DNA of 64,000 bases, from positions 992,001-1,056,000 of the forward strand of contig CDRNVI010000012.1 of the NCBI GenBank assembly GCA_977017575.1, read 5' to 3'. Of this stretch, positions 19,768-29,418 are shown piece after piece. The translations under genes and the position numbers were made by a program. The stretch's first letter is position 1, and each line of letters begins with the position of its first letter. This stretch comes from Paramoeba atlantica (lineage: Eukaryota > Protista > Discosea). The notes under the pieces are model-generated. The model was not told the DNA's origin. It made no database searches and saw only the letters and a list, made by a program, of their open reading frames with translations.

Positions 19768-20671
19768 CAGGGGTGCAAATCAGATGCTAGGGGGGGGTCT
19801 AAAATTAGCAATGTTTGCGCAATTTTCGAAAATAATAGCGCATTCGAGAGCTCTCGCAGAGATCTATGTTTTGCCGCTATTATCACGTTAAAAGAAAACA
19901 AATTTGAAAAAGATATTTTTTTTAAAGGTTTTTTACCCCCCGAAAAGTTGCAGATTTTCCAATTTTTGCAGTTTTTTCCGTGTTTTTTTGTTTTTCAGCT
20001 CACTATTATGCCGCAAAAGCGATCCCGCTCTAAGCAAAACAGTAAAAGCTTATCTGATAGATCACATGAACCCCCGGGGCACACAAAATATTCACACATG
20101 ATGCTTCTCGTTAAAGATTACGAGAATACAAACTCTTACAGTGCCACTTGCCAAAGACAAGGCGTCCACGACAGCATGTTAAGTTGTGGGTTAAGCGATT
20201 TGAGGAAACCGGGGATGTTCTATTGAAAAGGCGGTTGATTACATTAAAACAGATGGTCATGACATGCTCATAAACACTTTAACAGCATGCCGCGGCGTTT
20301 CGACATAGTAGTAGAAAAAAGGGGGAAACTTGTAATTATTGAACGTGCAAAAATTTTCATTCATTTTTTGCATTTTGACGTTTTTGGGCTTCTCCTCAGT
20401 TGACCACCCCCTTACGCCCCTGGAAGCCGCCTATCCAAATCCAATGGCTTCAAAGCCACGGGCTTGTCACGAGAAGGGTTTTCTGTGGAAAAAGGACACA
20501 CTCATCACCAAAAGAAATGGAATTAGAGGATAGTGTGTGGCACTGTACTAAGAAATGCAAGGGTAGATTTCTAGATAGGGTGTAAAGCAATTTTTTTTCA
20601 AAAAAGGCGAATTTTGCTTTACTTTAACCCTAATTTTAGACCCCCCCCCCAGCATCTGATTTGCACCCCTG
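19768..20671 (+). mobile_element. Internally deleted Tc1/mariner element, 41-bp TIRs, TA TSD
   Basis: CAGGGGTGCAAATCAGATGCT(A)G-run-TCTAAAATTAG at both ends with TA flanks; frameshifted HTH remnant LWVKRFEETGDV near 20180. Confidence 0.9.
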
Positions 20672-20675
20672 TATA

Positions 20676-22002
20676 CTGTCCCCCCTACTTAAGAGTCCGC
20701 GGGTTACCCCCCCTACTTAAGAGTCCCTTTTGACGGAGCCTCGGGCTGCCTGCGGCGCGAAGCGCCGCCGGAATTTTTTTTTTTGATTTTGTTTTTGTTT
20801 TCTTTGATTTTGTTTTATTTATCTGCCCATTGCGTTTAGTTGAGTTTTCAATATTTCCAAGCAATTTTCCTTGGTACTCCGAGGAAGGAGCAGACTACGA
20901 GCAGGCATGGTACACAACCATCCTCAACCCCTTTCAACTCTCTCGCGAACTGAACGAAGTTCTTCTCCCCGCCGATCACCCTCCTCACACGAGAACGGCG
21001 AATCTGCCGACCAACCCCCTTCATCTATCACCCCACCCAACCACGGTAGCCCTCCGTTACCCCATTCCGGTAGCCAACCCCGTTCTCTTCTAGCCCCATT
21101 TCCTCATCAAGACAACCATCGTTTTCAACCCTCCTCACACCCCCACCTTCCCAACCCACCCGACCAACCCCGTACTCCTCTCTCCCCATCGCATCAAGGA
21201 AACCCTAACCTTCAGCCCCTTCACACCCCCGACTTCCCAACCGCCCGTTCCGACCTTCTTCGTACCTCAGACTTCCCAACACCCTTCTTTGCGGCCTTTC
21301 ACACCACGGTCGCAACTCGACTCACTCCCCACGCGAGTACGGTAAACTTCCTGATCAACCCTTTTCCCACTCCCGACTTCCCAACCCTCCCAACCGCTCC
21401 CCTTCCCACCCCCGCCTTCCCAACCCTCCCAACCGCTCCCTTTTTTGAACATGCCTCAGTGGCACGTCGGGCTAATGTCAAAATTTTCCGAGACAGGCTT
21501 ATTTCTCACTTAGAAATAAGCTCAAAAGACCCTTACTTGATGTATTTCGCCAAATGCCCTCAGCAAATGCCTGGCGAAAATACTTGCGGACTACACGTAG
21601 TAAATAACTTATGTTGTTCTCTTTTTGGTGTCGAAAAAGAGTATATTAGCAGATCAACACTATGCAAAGATTGGTCTCCACACCTTGACTAGACAATAAT
21701 TTTTATCAAATTCATAAAATTTACCACTCCTGATGTGAGTGCGTAATGGGGAAGTATGGTCGGGACCTCCTCGTGGTCTTCCCTGGCACTGCTATCTTAT
21801 CGATAGTAAAGACGCCGACCTTCATTAGACAAAAATAGAGAAAAAAAATAGAGAGAAAAAACTTAGACAAAAAAGGAACCGGCCATATTGAAATTTTATG
21901 AAAAAATGCTGACCCCCCCACTTAAGAGTCCGGAAAATTGTGAACCCCCCACTTAAGAGTCCAAATGCCCAAAATCGGCGGACTCTTAAGTAGGGGGGAC
22001 AG
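20676..22002 (+). mobile_element. TIR element (25-bp TIR, repeated subterminal motif) carrying a Pro-rich / Ulp1-like ORF
   Basis: CTGTCCCCCCTACTTAAGAGTCCGC at 20676 and inverted at 21978-22002; flanks TA and CA; extra CCCCCC(T)ACTTAAGAGTCC copies near 20706, 21913 and 21945. Confidence 0.85.
20871..21692 (+). CDS. Low-complexity Pro/Ser/His-rich ORF ending in a Ulp1/SUMO-protease-like catalytic Cys motif (transposon cargo, possibly pseudogene)
   Basis: KCPQQMPGENTCGLHVVNNL resembles the PQQ.N..DCG.fv motif; catalytic His/Asp not evident; PDFPT repeats. Confidence 0.45.
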   Translation: MVLRGRSRLRAGMVHNHPQPLSTLSRTERSSSPRRSPSSHENGESADQPPSSITPPNHGSPPLPHSGSQPRSLLAPFPHQDNHRFQPSSHPHLPNPPDQPRTPLSPSHQGNPNLQPLHTPDFPTARSDLLRTSDFPTPFFAAFHTTVATRLTPHASTVNFLINPFPTPDFPTLPTAPLPTPAFPTLPTAPFFEHASVARRANVKIFRDRLISHLEISSKDPYLMYFAKCPQQMPGENTCGLHVVNNLCCSLFGVEKEYISRSTLCKDWSPHLD

Positions 22003-22336
22003 CAGTTAGTTATCCACCGCCTGGATGGATAGCCCCCTCCATACAGTCTGCGAGGGCTGCGGTTCTGGAGGAGGCTATAACCCTTTTCCGCACATTTTCT
22101 CGCGGGTCGCTATCCCACTGGTGGATGAAAACGCAAACGCACGTGGCATGTGCTTAACTTCGACAGAGTACCATTTATTGTAAATGATGCGTACAGAGCT
22201 ACTGTATTATTCATATCGCAACGCGTAAGCAGTAAGTGCTGTAACACATATTTATAAACCATTCCTCTAAATACAATTCTAATACCTCTTTTTCCTTACA
22301 TTCTTAGCGCCTTTTCTTCCTTTCCCCCCCATTCTC

Positions 22337-23485
22337 ATGTTCATACCCACCCCCACCCCACTACGCCCCATCATCTTCTCCCCCGCCCGTGACCGTCTCA
22401 TGTTCCCCTTCAACAAGATCACCCAAACCTTCCCTTTAATCTACGAAAACAACCTCGCCTTCAAAGCCGGGCGCGGGTTCCCCTACTACACCGGGGCCAA
22501 GCCCCACGACCCGGAACTCCACCCCCACCCGAGTCTCCCGAAAACCATGATGAACTCCCGGCAGCCCACCTACACCACATGGGACATGAAACTGTGCCCC
22601 TCGCTGATCACCGGGGCCACGCTAAAGCCCACCGTGGAGTACGTGGGGCCGCGCACCGGGAAGTACTACCCTATGGTGGGGTGGGTGCGACACGGGACCA
22701 CCTGGAGGCACGCCGGGGGGTATGAAAAGGCATGGAGGGGGAAACGGTACCAGCACATTGGACGCTGGGTGGAGTACAGGATGACCCCGCGATGGAAGCT
22801 CGCGCCGCGGATTGGGGCATCGGGGCCCGGGGCACGGTGGAGAGGACGGTTGTTGTATACGAATCTGAGGTTGAAGAAACTGTTGTGGGCGGTGGAGACG
22901 GGGAGGCTGAACCCGAATGAGCGGATTACGTTGTATCATTTGGTGGAGGCGAAGGTGATGGCGCCGTGGGAGGTGGTGTGGCCCGGGGTGAAGTTGCTGG
23001 CACAGGATTTAGATACTCTGTCGCGGCCGTTGCATATTGAGCTACAGCAAGCCTCCGCGCGGGCGGTGGAGTTGATTGAACGCGCCGGGGGGAGCTTTAC
23101 ATGTACCTATATGAGCCCCCAGGGGATGTTCCAGGAGATTTTCCCAGAGGAGTTTCCGATTTTTACGGATCAACACATGCCGGATCGAGCCTCTTTTGAG
23201 AGTGCTTCAGCAAATCCTGAAAAGCGGGGGTATCTCGCAAAGTGGTATGAGGATGTCTCGAAGTATGCAGATCCTACCGCTGGGCGACGTTTGTCTCATT
23301 TTGTAGAGCCTCCTGTAGATCGCGATTTCCCCGCCACCTTGGAAGAGTATGATAAGGTTAAACATCACCAGAAATGGCATCTAGGACAACCTGGAACAGG
23401 CACAGTATTGCCATGGCTTTCAGAACGTTCCAATTTACGTCAGGACGACAAAGAAAATAACGATTTAGACAGCACGAGCTCGTAA
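22337..23485 (+). CDS. uL15m: Mitochondrial ribosomal protein uL15m (kinetoplastid type)
   Basis: NLRLKKLLWAVETGRLNPNERITLYHL, GVKLLA, IELQQASARAVELIERAGGSFTC: uL15 domain with long extensions. Confidence 0.8.
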   Translation: MFIPTPTPLRPIIFSPARDRLMFPFNKITQTFPLIYENNLAFKAGRGFPYYTGAKPHDPELHPHPSLPKTMMNSRQPTYTTWDMKLCPSLITGATLKPTVEYVGPRTGKYYPMVGWVRHGTTWRHAGGYEKAWRGKRYQHIGRWVEYRMTPRWKLAPRIGASGPGARWRGRLLYTNLRLKKLLWAVETGRLNPNERITLYHLVEAKVMAPWEVVWPGVKLLAQDLDTLSRPLHIELQQASARAVELIERAGGSFTCTYMSPQGMFQEIFPEEFPIFTDQHMPDRASFESASANPEKRGYLAKWYEDVSKYADPTAGRRLSHFVEPPVDRDFPATLEEYDKVKHHQKWHLGQPGTGTVLPWLSERSNLRQDDKENNDLDSTSS

Positions 23486-23878
23486 GCATACCTTCAAACT
23501 GAGAATGTTCGTACTTTTTACGCATCCCTGGGCAGAGACACGCCGCTTTACAGTGCCTTTGATGATCAAGTTTAATCTCTACCTTACGCAACTCGAAATT
23601 GAACGGAAAGTTTTGTAGTATACTGATTTCTTTTATGTAAAATATTTCTTAAAGTCTTTTTCCTTCTGCGGTAATACTGTAAAATCCCCCTAATAGGTGA
23701 CGTAGGCCATTTCTAGGTTTACTCCCAATAAGGTAGGTTAGGTCCAAGTGCTCTATACTTTATACTGTAGAGTCTACCGTACAATACGTGCGCGCGCTAT
23801 TCCAAGTTACACGCTTAAGCAGCTTCAGTTCTATTCATAAACTTCTCTTACCTTGAATGTAGCATTTAATAGCTTCGT

Positions 23879-25210
23879 ATGCGAGAAACTGTTTTGCACG
23901 CTACTCTTGTAAGCAGTACCTCTTCACTTAGTTCTTTAATAGTTCAGGCAGCTACTGCCGACAAGCAACAATCAGGTTACCGAAGATTTCGTGAAAAAGA
24001 ACCTTTTCAATTTGCCTGGAAAAGCACTCCGCCACCCTGGGTAGAAGCCGAAACGAGGGAGGGTATTGAAATTATGGACACTACTTTGCCTTATACGGAG
24101 CGAACACACGCTGAATTTTTTGCGCTCATGCGTTGGCTAGCGCCTTCTGAAGCGGAAACTCAGGTACGCTTATCGGTGCACCAGGAAGTGGTAGCTATTT
24201 TGCAACAAGTGGACCCCAACATACAGGTAGATATTTTCGGTTCTCTTATGTACGGCGTGGCGCTCCCAGTGTCAGATATGGATATGAACGTAACTTCGTC
24301 CTCTGAGGGGCTTCTTTCAGTGGAGAAATTAGGTAATGTTCTACGAGCTACAGGTCTCTACTACAAGTTCAAAGTACTTCGTAAGGCACGAGTGCCTTTG
24401 GTGAAGTGTACTCACAGGCGCAGCGCTACAGAACTTGACTTTACTATATCCAACAATTCTGGGCGAATAACGGGTCATGTCGCAAGAGAATATTTCGAGC
24501 GCTTTCCTGCAGCGCGTCCGCTCGTCGTGTTTTTGAAATATTTTCTACGTCAGAGAGGTCTAGAGGATGTCAGTCTTGGTGGACTTTCGTCTTATAGTAT
24601 TTGCCTTATGGTATTTTCCTACTTCCAAAATAGACCCCTGGAGAAGAAAGTCAAGGGCTACGGACAGCTTCTTTTAGAATTCCTGTATCTCTACGGTTAT
24701 GACTTCAATCATCGACGACTGGGTATTGATGTTGCAAGGCAGCGTTACGTCCCAAAACCTCCAACTATTCCTGCAGAACACCTGTACATCGTGGATCCTG
24801 CGGATGAAAAAAATAACGTCAGTCGTGCAACTAAAAAGTACGACTTTATTTATCGATCGTTCCGGATAGCGCATACTGTTCTTACCACAGTATTTCCTCC
24901 AAACATTGATAACTGTGGTTCTCTCTTTGGTCGACTCTTAAGAAACGATACGCACATGATATCACTTCGCCGATACATGTGTTCCTTTCCGGTGACTCAA
25001 TACTATCCTGCGTGGCCAATTGACTCCCGCAATTTTATTCCGTCAATGAAAAACCAGTTTTTTGCATCCCCGAACTTGACGTTTGCTGATATTTCTGTTT
25101 TTCCTAGAAGGGGGAAAAAGCGCTCGGGTCATGAATCAGATGAGGTTGATAACTGGAGAAAACGAAGAGTGAGAATTTCAGAGAATGAAGACCATAGCTG
25201 GGAAGAATAA
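23879..25210 (+). CDS. Non-canonical poly(A) polymerase / Trf4-like nucleotidyltransferase
   Basis: IFGSLMYGVALPVSDMDM, KARVPLVK, ELDFTI, LKYFLRQRGL..V..GGLSSY, LYIVDP.D..NNV. Confidence 0.85.
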   Translation: MRETVLHATLVSSTSSLSSLIVQAATADKQQSGYRRFREKEPFQFAWKSTPPPWVEAETREGIEIMDTTLPYTERTHAEFFALMRWLAPSEAETQVRLSVHQEVVAILQQVDPNIQVDIFGSLMYGVALPVSDMDMNVTSSSEGLLSVEKLGNVLRATGLYYKFKVLRKARVPLVKCTHRRSATELDFTISNNSGRITGHVAREYFERFPAARPLVVFLKYFLRQRGLEDVSLGGLSSYSICLMVFSYFQNRPLEKKVKGYGQLLLEFLYLYGYDFNHRRLGIDVARQRYVPKPPTIPAEHLYIVDPADEKNNVSRATKKYDFIYRSFRIAHTVLTTVFPPNIDNCGSLFGRLLRNDTHMISLRRYMCSFPVTQYYPAWPIDSRNFIPSMKNQFFASPNLTFADISVFPRRGKKRSGHESDEVDNWRKRRVRISENEDHSWEE

Positions 25211-25619
25211 CTATAGCTGGAAGTAACCGGACCCCAAACATAAAAATGATGCACTTACCATGTAATCGAAATATTGGGGTCTGTTTATTCTCATACGTAA
25301 GAAAACACATAGTAAGAGATTGTTATCGGAAAAGAGTTGTCAAAAAGCTAAAGATGTTGTAGTTGTAGTTCAATTGTAGTAAATAACTACAAAGAGAACA
25401 TCGAGAAATAAATTTATATTATGAATGATGTTAAAAACATCAACAAATAACATGCCTTAGTTCCATCTTATAAATATAAACTTTCCTTTTTTATCAAATG
25501 ACTAAAAACTGTAAGTAAGATAGCCGAAGCATAGCAAAGTATCAAAAAGTTGTGACATGTATTACTCCAAAGAAAAGAAAAGAATATTTCTTTTATTTAT
25601 TAGAGTATCCTACGCTTAG

Positions 25620-28600
25620 ATGAGCGCATTCGAACTTCCTTCTGCGACACAGGATTCCCCGGCGCAGGATGATTTTTCTACTCCTGTCCCCACATCTCGT
25701 AAGCCTGCGCCCATTGTACTTTCTGAAAAAAAGACTAATGTTATGGGTACTGTCGAAGAAGCAAAAGATTTAAAACGACGACTACATGAAGTCGAGTGCG
25801 CCTTGCGAAGATCACACGTAGAAAATCAACGCTTACGCGACCGCTTCAAGGAAAAGATAAAAGCACGCCAAGAAGAAGCCGTTGAGAAAAAGAGACAACG
25901 AGATGAGGCAAATATACAAGATAAGAAGCACGCACACGACATGTTTCAACAGCTTAAAGATGAGCGCGCAAAGAGCGACGAAATAGCATTAGAAAACAAG
26001 CGACTTCAAAGAGAGCTGCAAGAGGAAAAGGAAAAGAATACCCAGGTAACCACTGATCTAGAAAATATGCAATCCGAGAGAGAGCAACTTTTAGAAGGAA
26101 AAGGACAATTGGATGCAAAAGTACAACAGACTTCAGTGGATTTTGGGCTTCTAAACGAAGAATTAAGCAAACGAAAGCTAATGTTGGATACTACTCGAGA
26201 GAAACTTGCCTACATAGAAACAGAAAAAGACACATTGCAGGAAAGGTTGAATGAGGCACTTGAACACACACAACGGGCCGAGGGATTACAACGCCAGCTT
26301 ATGGATGAAATCACTGAGGCTCGTCTGGAGGAAGTCCGGGCTAAAGATTTATCGGTTCGGCTACAGAACACATCAGCAACGCTTTCTGAAAAAACTTCTG
26401 AGGCCACAAAGTTAAAAGAGGAAGTGAGTCAGCTTACAGTTGCTAATCAGGATCTTAAGCATCAGTGCGAAGCCTTATCCAGCGATCTACAAGATATTAC
26501 TGAGAGTCTGCAAGCTTCGAAGGCTGAGAATGAATCACTTCAAGACAGCTTAGCTCGAGAAAGCCAAGAGAGTCAAACTTTACGCGGGCGTCTTGAGGGT
26601 GTCGCACAGAATAGTGACGAGCAGGGTAAGGAACTGTCAGCCAAAGAATCTGAAACTAACATGTTACGCAGCACTATTGAGTTTTACAAAAGCGAGGTGG
26701 AAAATTTGAAGAATCAACTTCAAGAAAGTCGGAAACGTGTTTCAGAGCTCGAAGACTCTCACGAGCAGGCGACGGGAGATATCAAAGATCTGCAAGATAA
26801 ACTTGACGAATCTAGTCGTGCATGTGAGTTGGATGCATGCTTGACGAGTCAGTACCGTACAGACCTCGAGGAGCGTCGCAGCGCACTTTCTGCACTCGAG
26901 AGAGAGTTAAAAAAGGTTGACCAAGAGAGAGTTGACATTCAGTCGCAGCTTGAGCATGAGAGACTACGAAACACCGCTCTTGAAAAAGCCCTTGTGCGAG
27001 CCCAGGAAGATGTCAGTGACCAATCACAGCGCCGCACAGCTGTGTCACAATCCCTGGAGAAAGAAGTGTCAAAATACCATGAATTAGAGGGTCAAAATAC
27101 AATCTTGGAGCAGGAATTACAGGCCGTGCACACTGAGCTAGATACTTTTGAGCAAGAAAACGAGGCCTTGAAAACGGAGCTAAGCACAGTACAAACTCAA
27201 CTTCACACGCGTGAGGAGGAAATCTCCAATGCTACCCGTCGATCTCAATACCTTGACACCGATGCAAATATCAAAACTCAGCAAATTCATGATCTTCGTG
27301 AAAACTTACAGCGATGCACCGATGAACTCGATACAAAGCGTGTTCAGCTTCACTCAACAGAGACGCAACTCTCCGCGTCCCAAATCACTCTTAAAGAACT
27401 ACGTACTAAACTTGAGCAGAAACAATCTGAAGTATCCAGTATGGAGTCTACTTTGGATTTGAGTCGCAAAGCCCTTCTCGAAGAGCAGCAGAAGCTCGTT
27501 ATGCAAAAGTCGGAGTTTGTATTCGCGCAGGGAGAGTTAGCCAACGAGCGACAATTACGTCAAAGTGATACTTCTCGGCTTCAGCGCGAGATAGAGGACT
27601 CGCAAAATGCACTTGAGGAGGTCCGCGCGCAGTACGATAGTCTTGTGACAACTCTTCACGAGTTTGAGGATGTCGTTTCCGAGCGTGAAGCTACTGTAGC
27701 TGACATGCAGAATCAAATTATTTCTCTAGAAGGCGGAAAACAATCTATCGAAGAGCGGGCTTCTGTTTTACAACACGATGTTGATAAGCTAACAACAGAA
27801 AGAAATCGCCAAGAAACAGAGATTGCAGAAATGCAAAGTCGACTTCAAGATTCCGCCAAACAGGTACATCGATTGATGCGAGATTTGCGTGACGCACATG
27901 GGGAAGTTACCGATGTAGTACGTTGGAGAGATGAGGAACGTTCGTCGCATGACACACTTCGCAAAGAATACAAATTATACCGCTCCGAGCTGGACAAAGA
28001 ATTGCAGGAAACGAAAACACGCATTATCACGCTTACCAGCGATTTAGATTTACTTCGGAGCCAATTAACTGAAGCACAACAGCGTGTGGCACAACTCTCA
28101 GAGAGTTTAATGGAAGAAGAGTCGACATCCCAACAATTACGAACTCAACTAGACTGCGCGGAGAAAGAACTTCACGTGGAGTCCGGTGCTCGAAAGGAAC
28201 TGGAGCAACGATACGTTGAGACTATTCAAGAGTTACAATCGTCCAATGCCACTACGGCAACACTTCTGGAGGAAGCCTCAGAATTGCGCGAATCAGTCCA
28301 GGAAGCTCAGAAGAAGATTTACAATACCGAAGTTGCGTTTTCCCTTGAAAAAACTCGTGCAGAGCGATATCTCGCCTCTCTCGATTCTGCAAACGGGGAG
28401 CTACGAGACTTGCGTTCAACAAAAGAGCAATTACTCTCCTCTTTGCGCATGCAAGAAACAAAATGTTCCGAATTGCTCCGGACAGAAGATGTTCTTCGGG
28501 AATCGGTACAACAGAGAGCACGCGAATTGGAGGAGAGCATCTCGAAAAATCGCAGAGAGCGAATGGAAAATGATGAACAGGTTTCTCTCCTAAGATCCCA

Positions 28601-29033
28601 ACTTCGCACGCTTGAGGCGGACTTCACCGGTGCAAAGGAAAATGCGATTCAATTACAAGCCACACTGGACCGTACGCAAGAAGACCTGAACGATAATCGG
28701 TCTCGGGGTTTCGCCCTTAACCGGGAGTTTGAAGAGTTTAAAGAAACGTGTGATGAGACTACGCACAAGGCCCGTGAAGAGCGGGATCTCTTTATTCAGA
28801 AGTATCATTCAGCGTGTTATAGAAACATGCAAGTCGAGCGGGAGGCGCATGAAGCCCGGCAAAACTACCTGAATGAGTACGAATCATTTGAGCAATTACG
28901 ATTAAACCATGATGCCGTGTTGGGCCGTCTTCGCGAAAAAGTTGCTGAGCGAGAGGAGAAATTTCGCGCCGCTTTGGACCAAGAAAGAAAGCGCATTGCT
29001 GAACTTGAATCCCTACTTCACCAAGGGCGTTAG
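25620..29033 (+). CDS. Long coiled-coil protein, 1137 aa (paralog A)
   Basis: Continuous E/Q/L/K-rich heptads; C-terminal ERDLFIQKYHSACYRNMQVER motif shared with the next gene. Confidence 0.85.
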   Translation: MSAFELPSATQDSPAQDDFSTPVPTSRKPAPIVLSEKKTNVMGTVEEAKDLKRRLHEVECALRRSHVENQRLRDRFKEKIKARQEEAVEKKRQRDEANIQDKKHAHDMFQQLKDERAKSDEIALENKRLQRELQEEKEKNTQVTTDLENMQSEREQLLEGKGQLDAKVQQTSVDFGLLNEELSKRKLMLDTTREKLAYIETEKDTLQERLNEALEHTQRAEGLQRQLMDEITEARLEEVRAKDLSVRLQNTSATLSEKTSEATKLKEEVSQLTVANQDLKHQCEALSSDLQDITESLQASKAENESLQDSLARESQESQTLRGRLEGVAQNSDEQGKELSAKESETNMLRSTIEFYKSEVENLKNQLQESRKRVSELEDSHEQATGDIKDLQDKLDESSRACELDACLTSQYRTDLEERRSALSALERELKKVDQERVDIQSQLEHERLRNTALEKALVRAQEDVSDQSQRRTAVSQSLEKEVSKYHELEGQNTILEQELQAVHTELDTFEQENEALKTELSTVQTQLHTREEEISNATRRSQYLDTDANIKTQQIHDLRENLQRCTDELDTKRVQLHSTETQLSASQITLKELRTKLEQKQSEVSSMESTLDLSRKALLEEQQKLVMQKSEFVFAQGELANERQLRQSDTSRLQREIEDSQNALEEVRAQYDSLVTTLHEFEDVVSEREATVADMQNQIISLEGGKQSIEERASVLQHDVDKLTTERNRQETEIAEMQSRLQDSAKQVHRLMRDLRDAHGEVTDVVRWRDEERSSHDTLRKEYKLYRSELDKELQETKTRIITLTSDLDLLRSQLTEAQQRVAQLSESLMEEESTSQQLRTQLDCAEKELHVESGARKELEQRYVETIQELQSSNATTATLLEEASELRESVQEAQKKIYNTEVAFSLEKTRAERYLASLDSANGELRDLRSTKEQLLSSLRMQETKCSELLRTEDVLRESVQQRARELEESISKNRRERMENDEQVSLLRSQLRTLEADFTGAKENAIQLQATLDRTQEDLNDNRSRGFALNREFEEFKETCDETTHKAREERDLFIQKYHSACYRNMQVEREAHEARQNYLNEYESFEQLRLNHDAVLGRLREKVAEREEKFRAALDQERKRIAELESLLHQGR

Positions 29034-29418
29034 TTTTATATTTGATAGGCATTAGCATGCATTTTACGGAGTAGCCAGCGTACTAGCGGTACCTCTAGAG
29101 TACTTTTTCTATAAATTTAAGTAAAAGTTGGGTTTTTTATATTAGTAGTATAGAATTTTCTAATATTAAGTATTTTCCTGCGTTGTGTCAACAACGTATA
29201 ATTTATTGTCTGTTGAATTTTTTATTGAATAGACTTGGGGGATCGGATCATAGATTCCTGTTTTGTACAGCTTCATGAATTATTCAATATAGTTATAGAC
29301 AATTCAGAAAAACAACAGTGTACTTTATTTACACGTCAGACCCTTATTTCACGTACTTCTTTCATAATTTTTGACTATGCTCAGTAATTACAACTGCTTT
29401 TAGTTAGATTTTCATATT

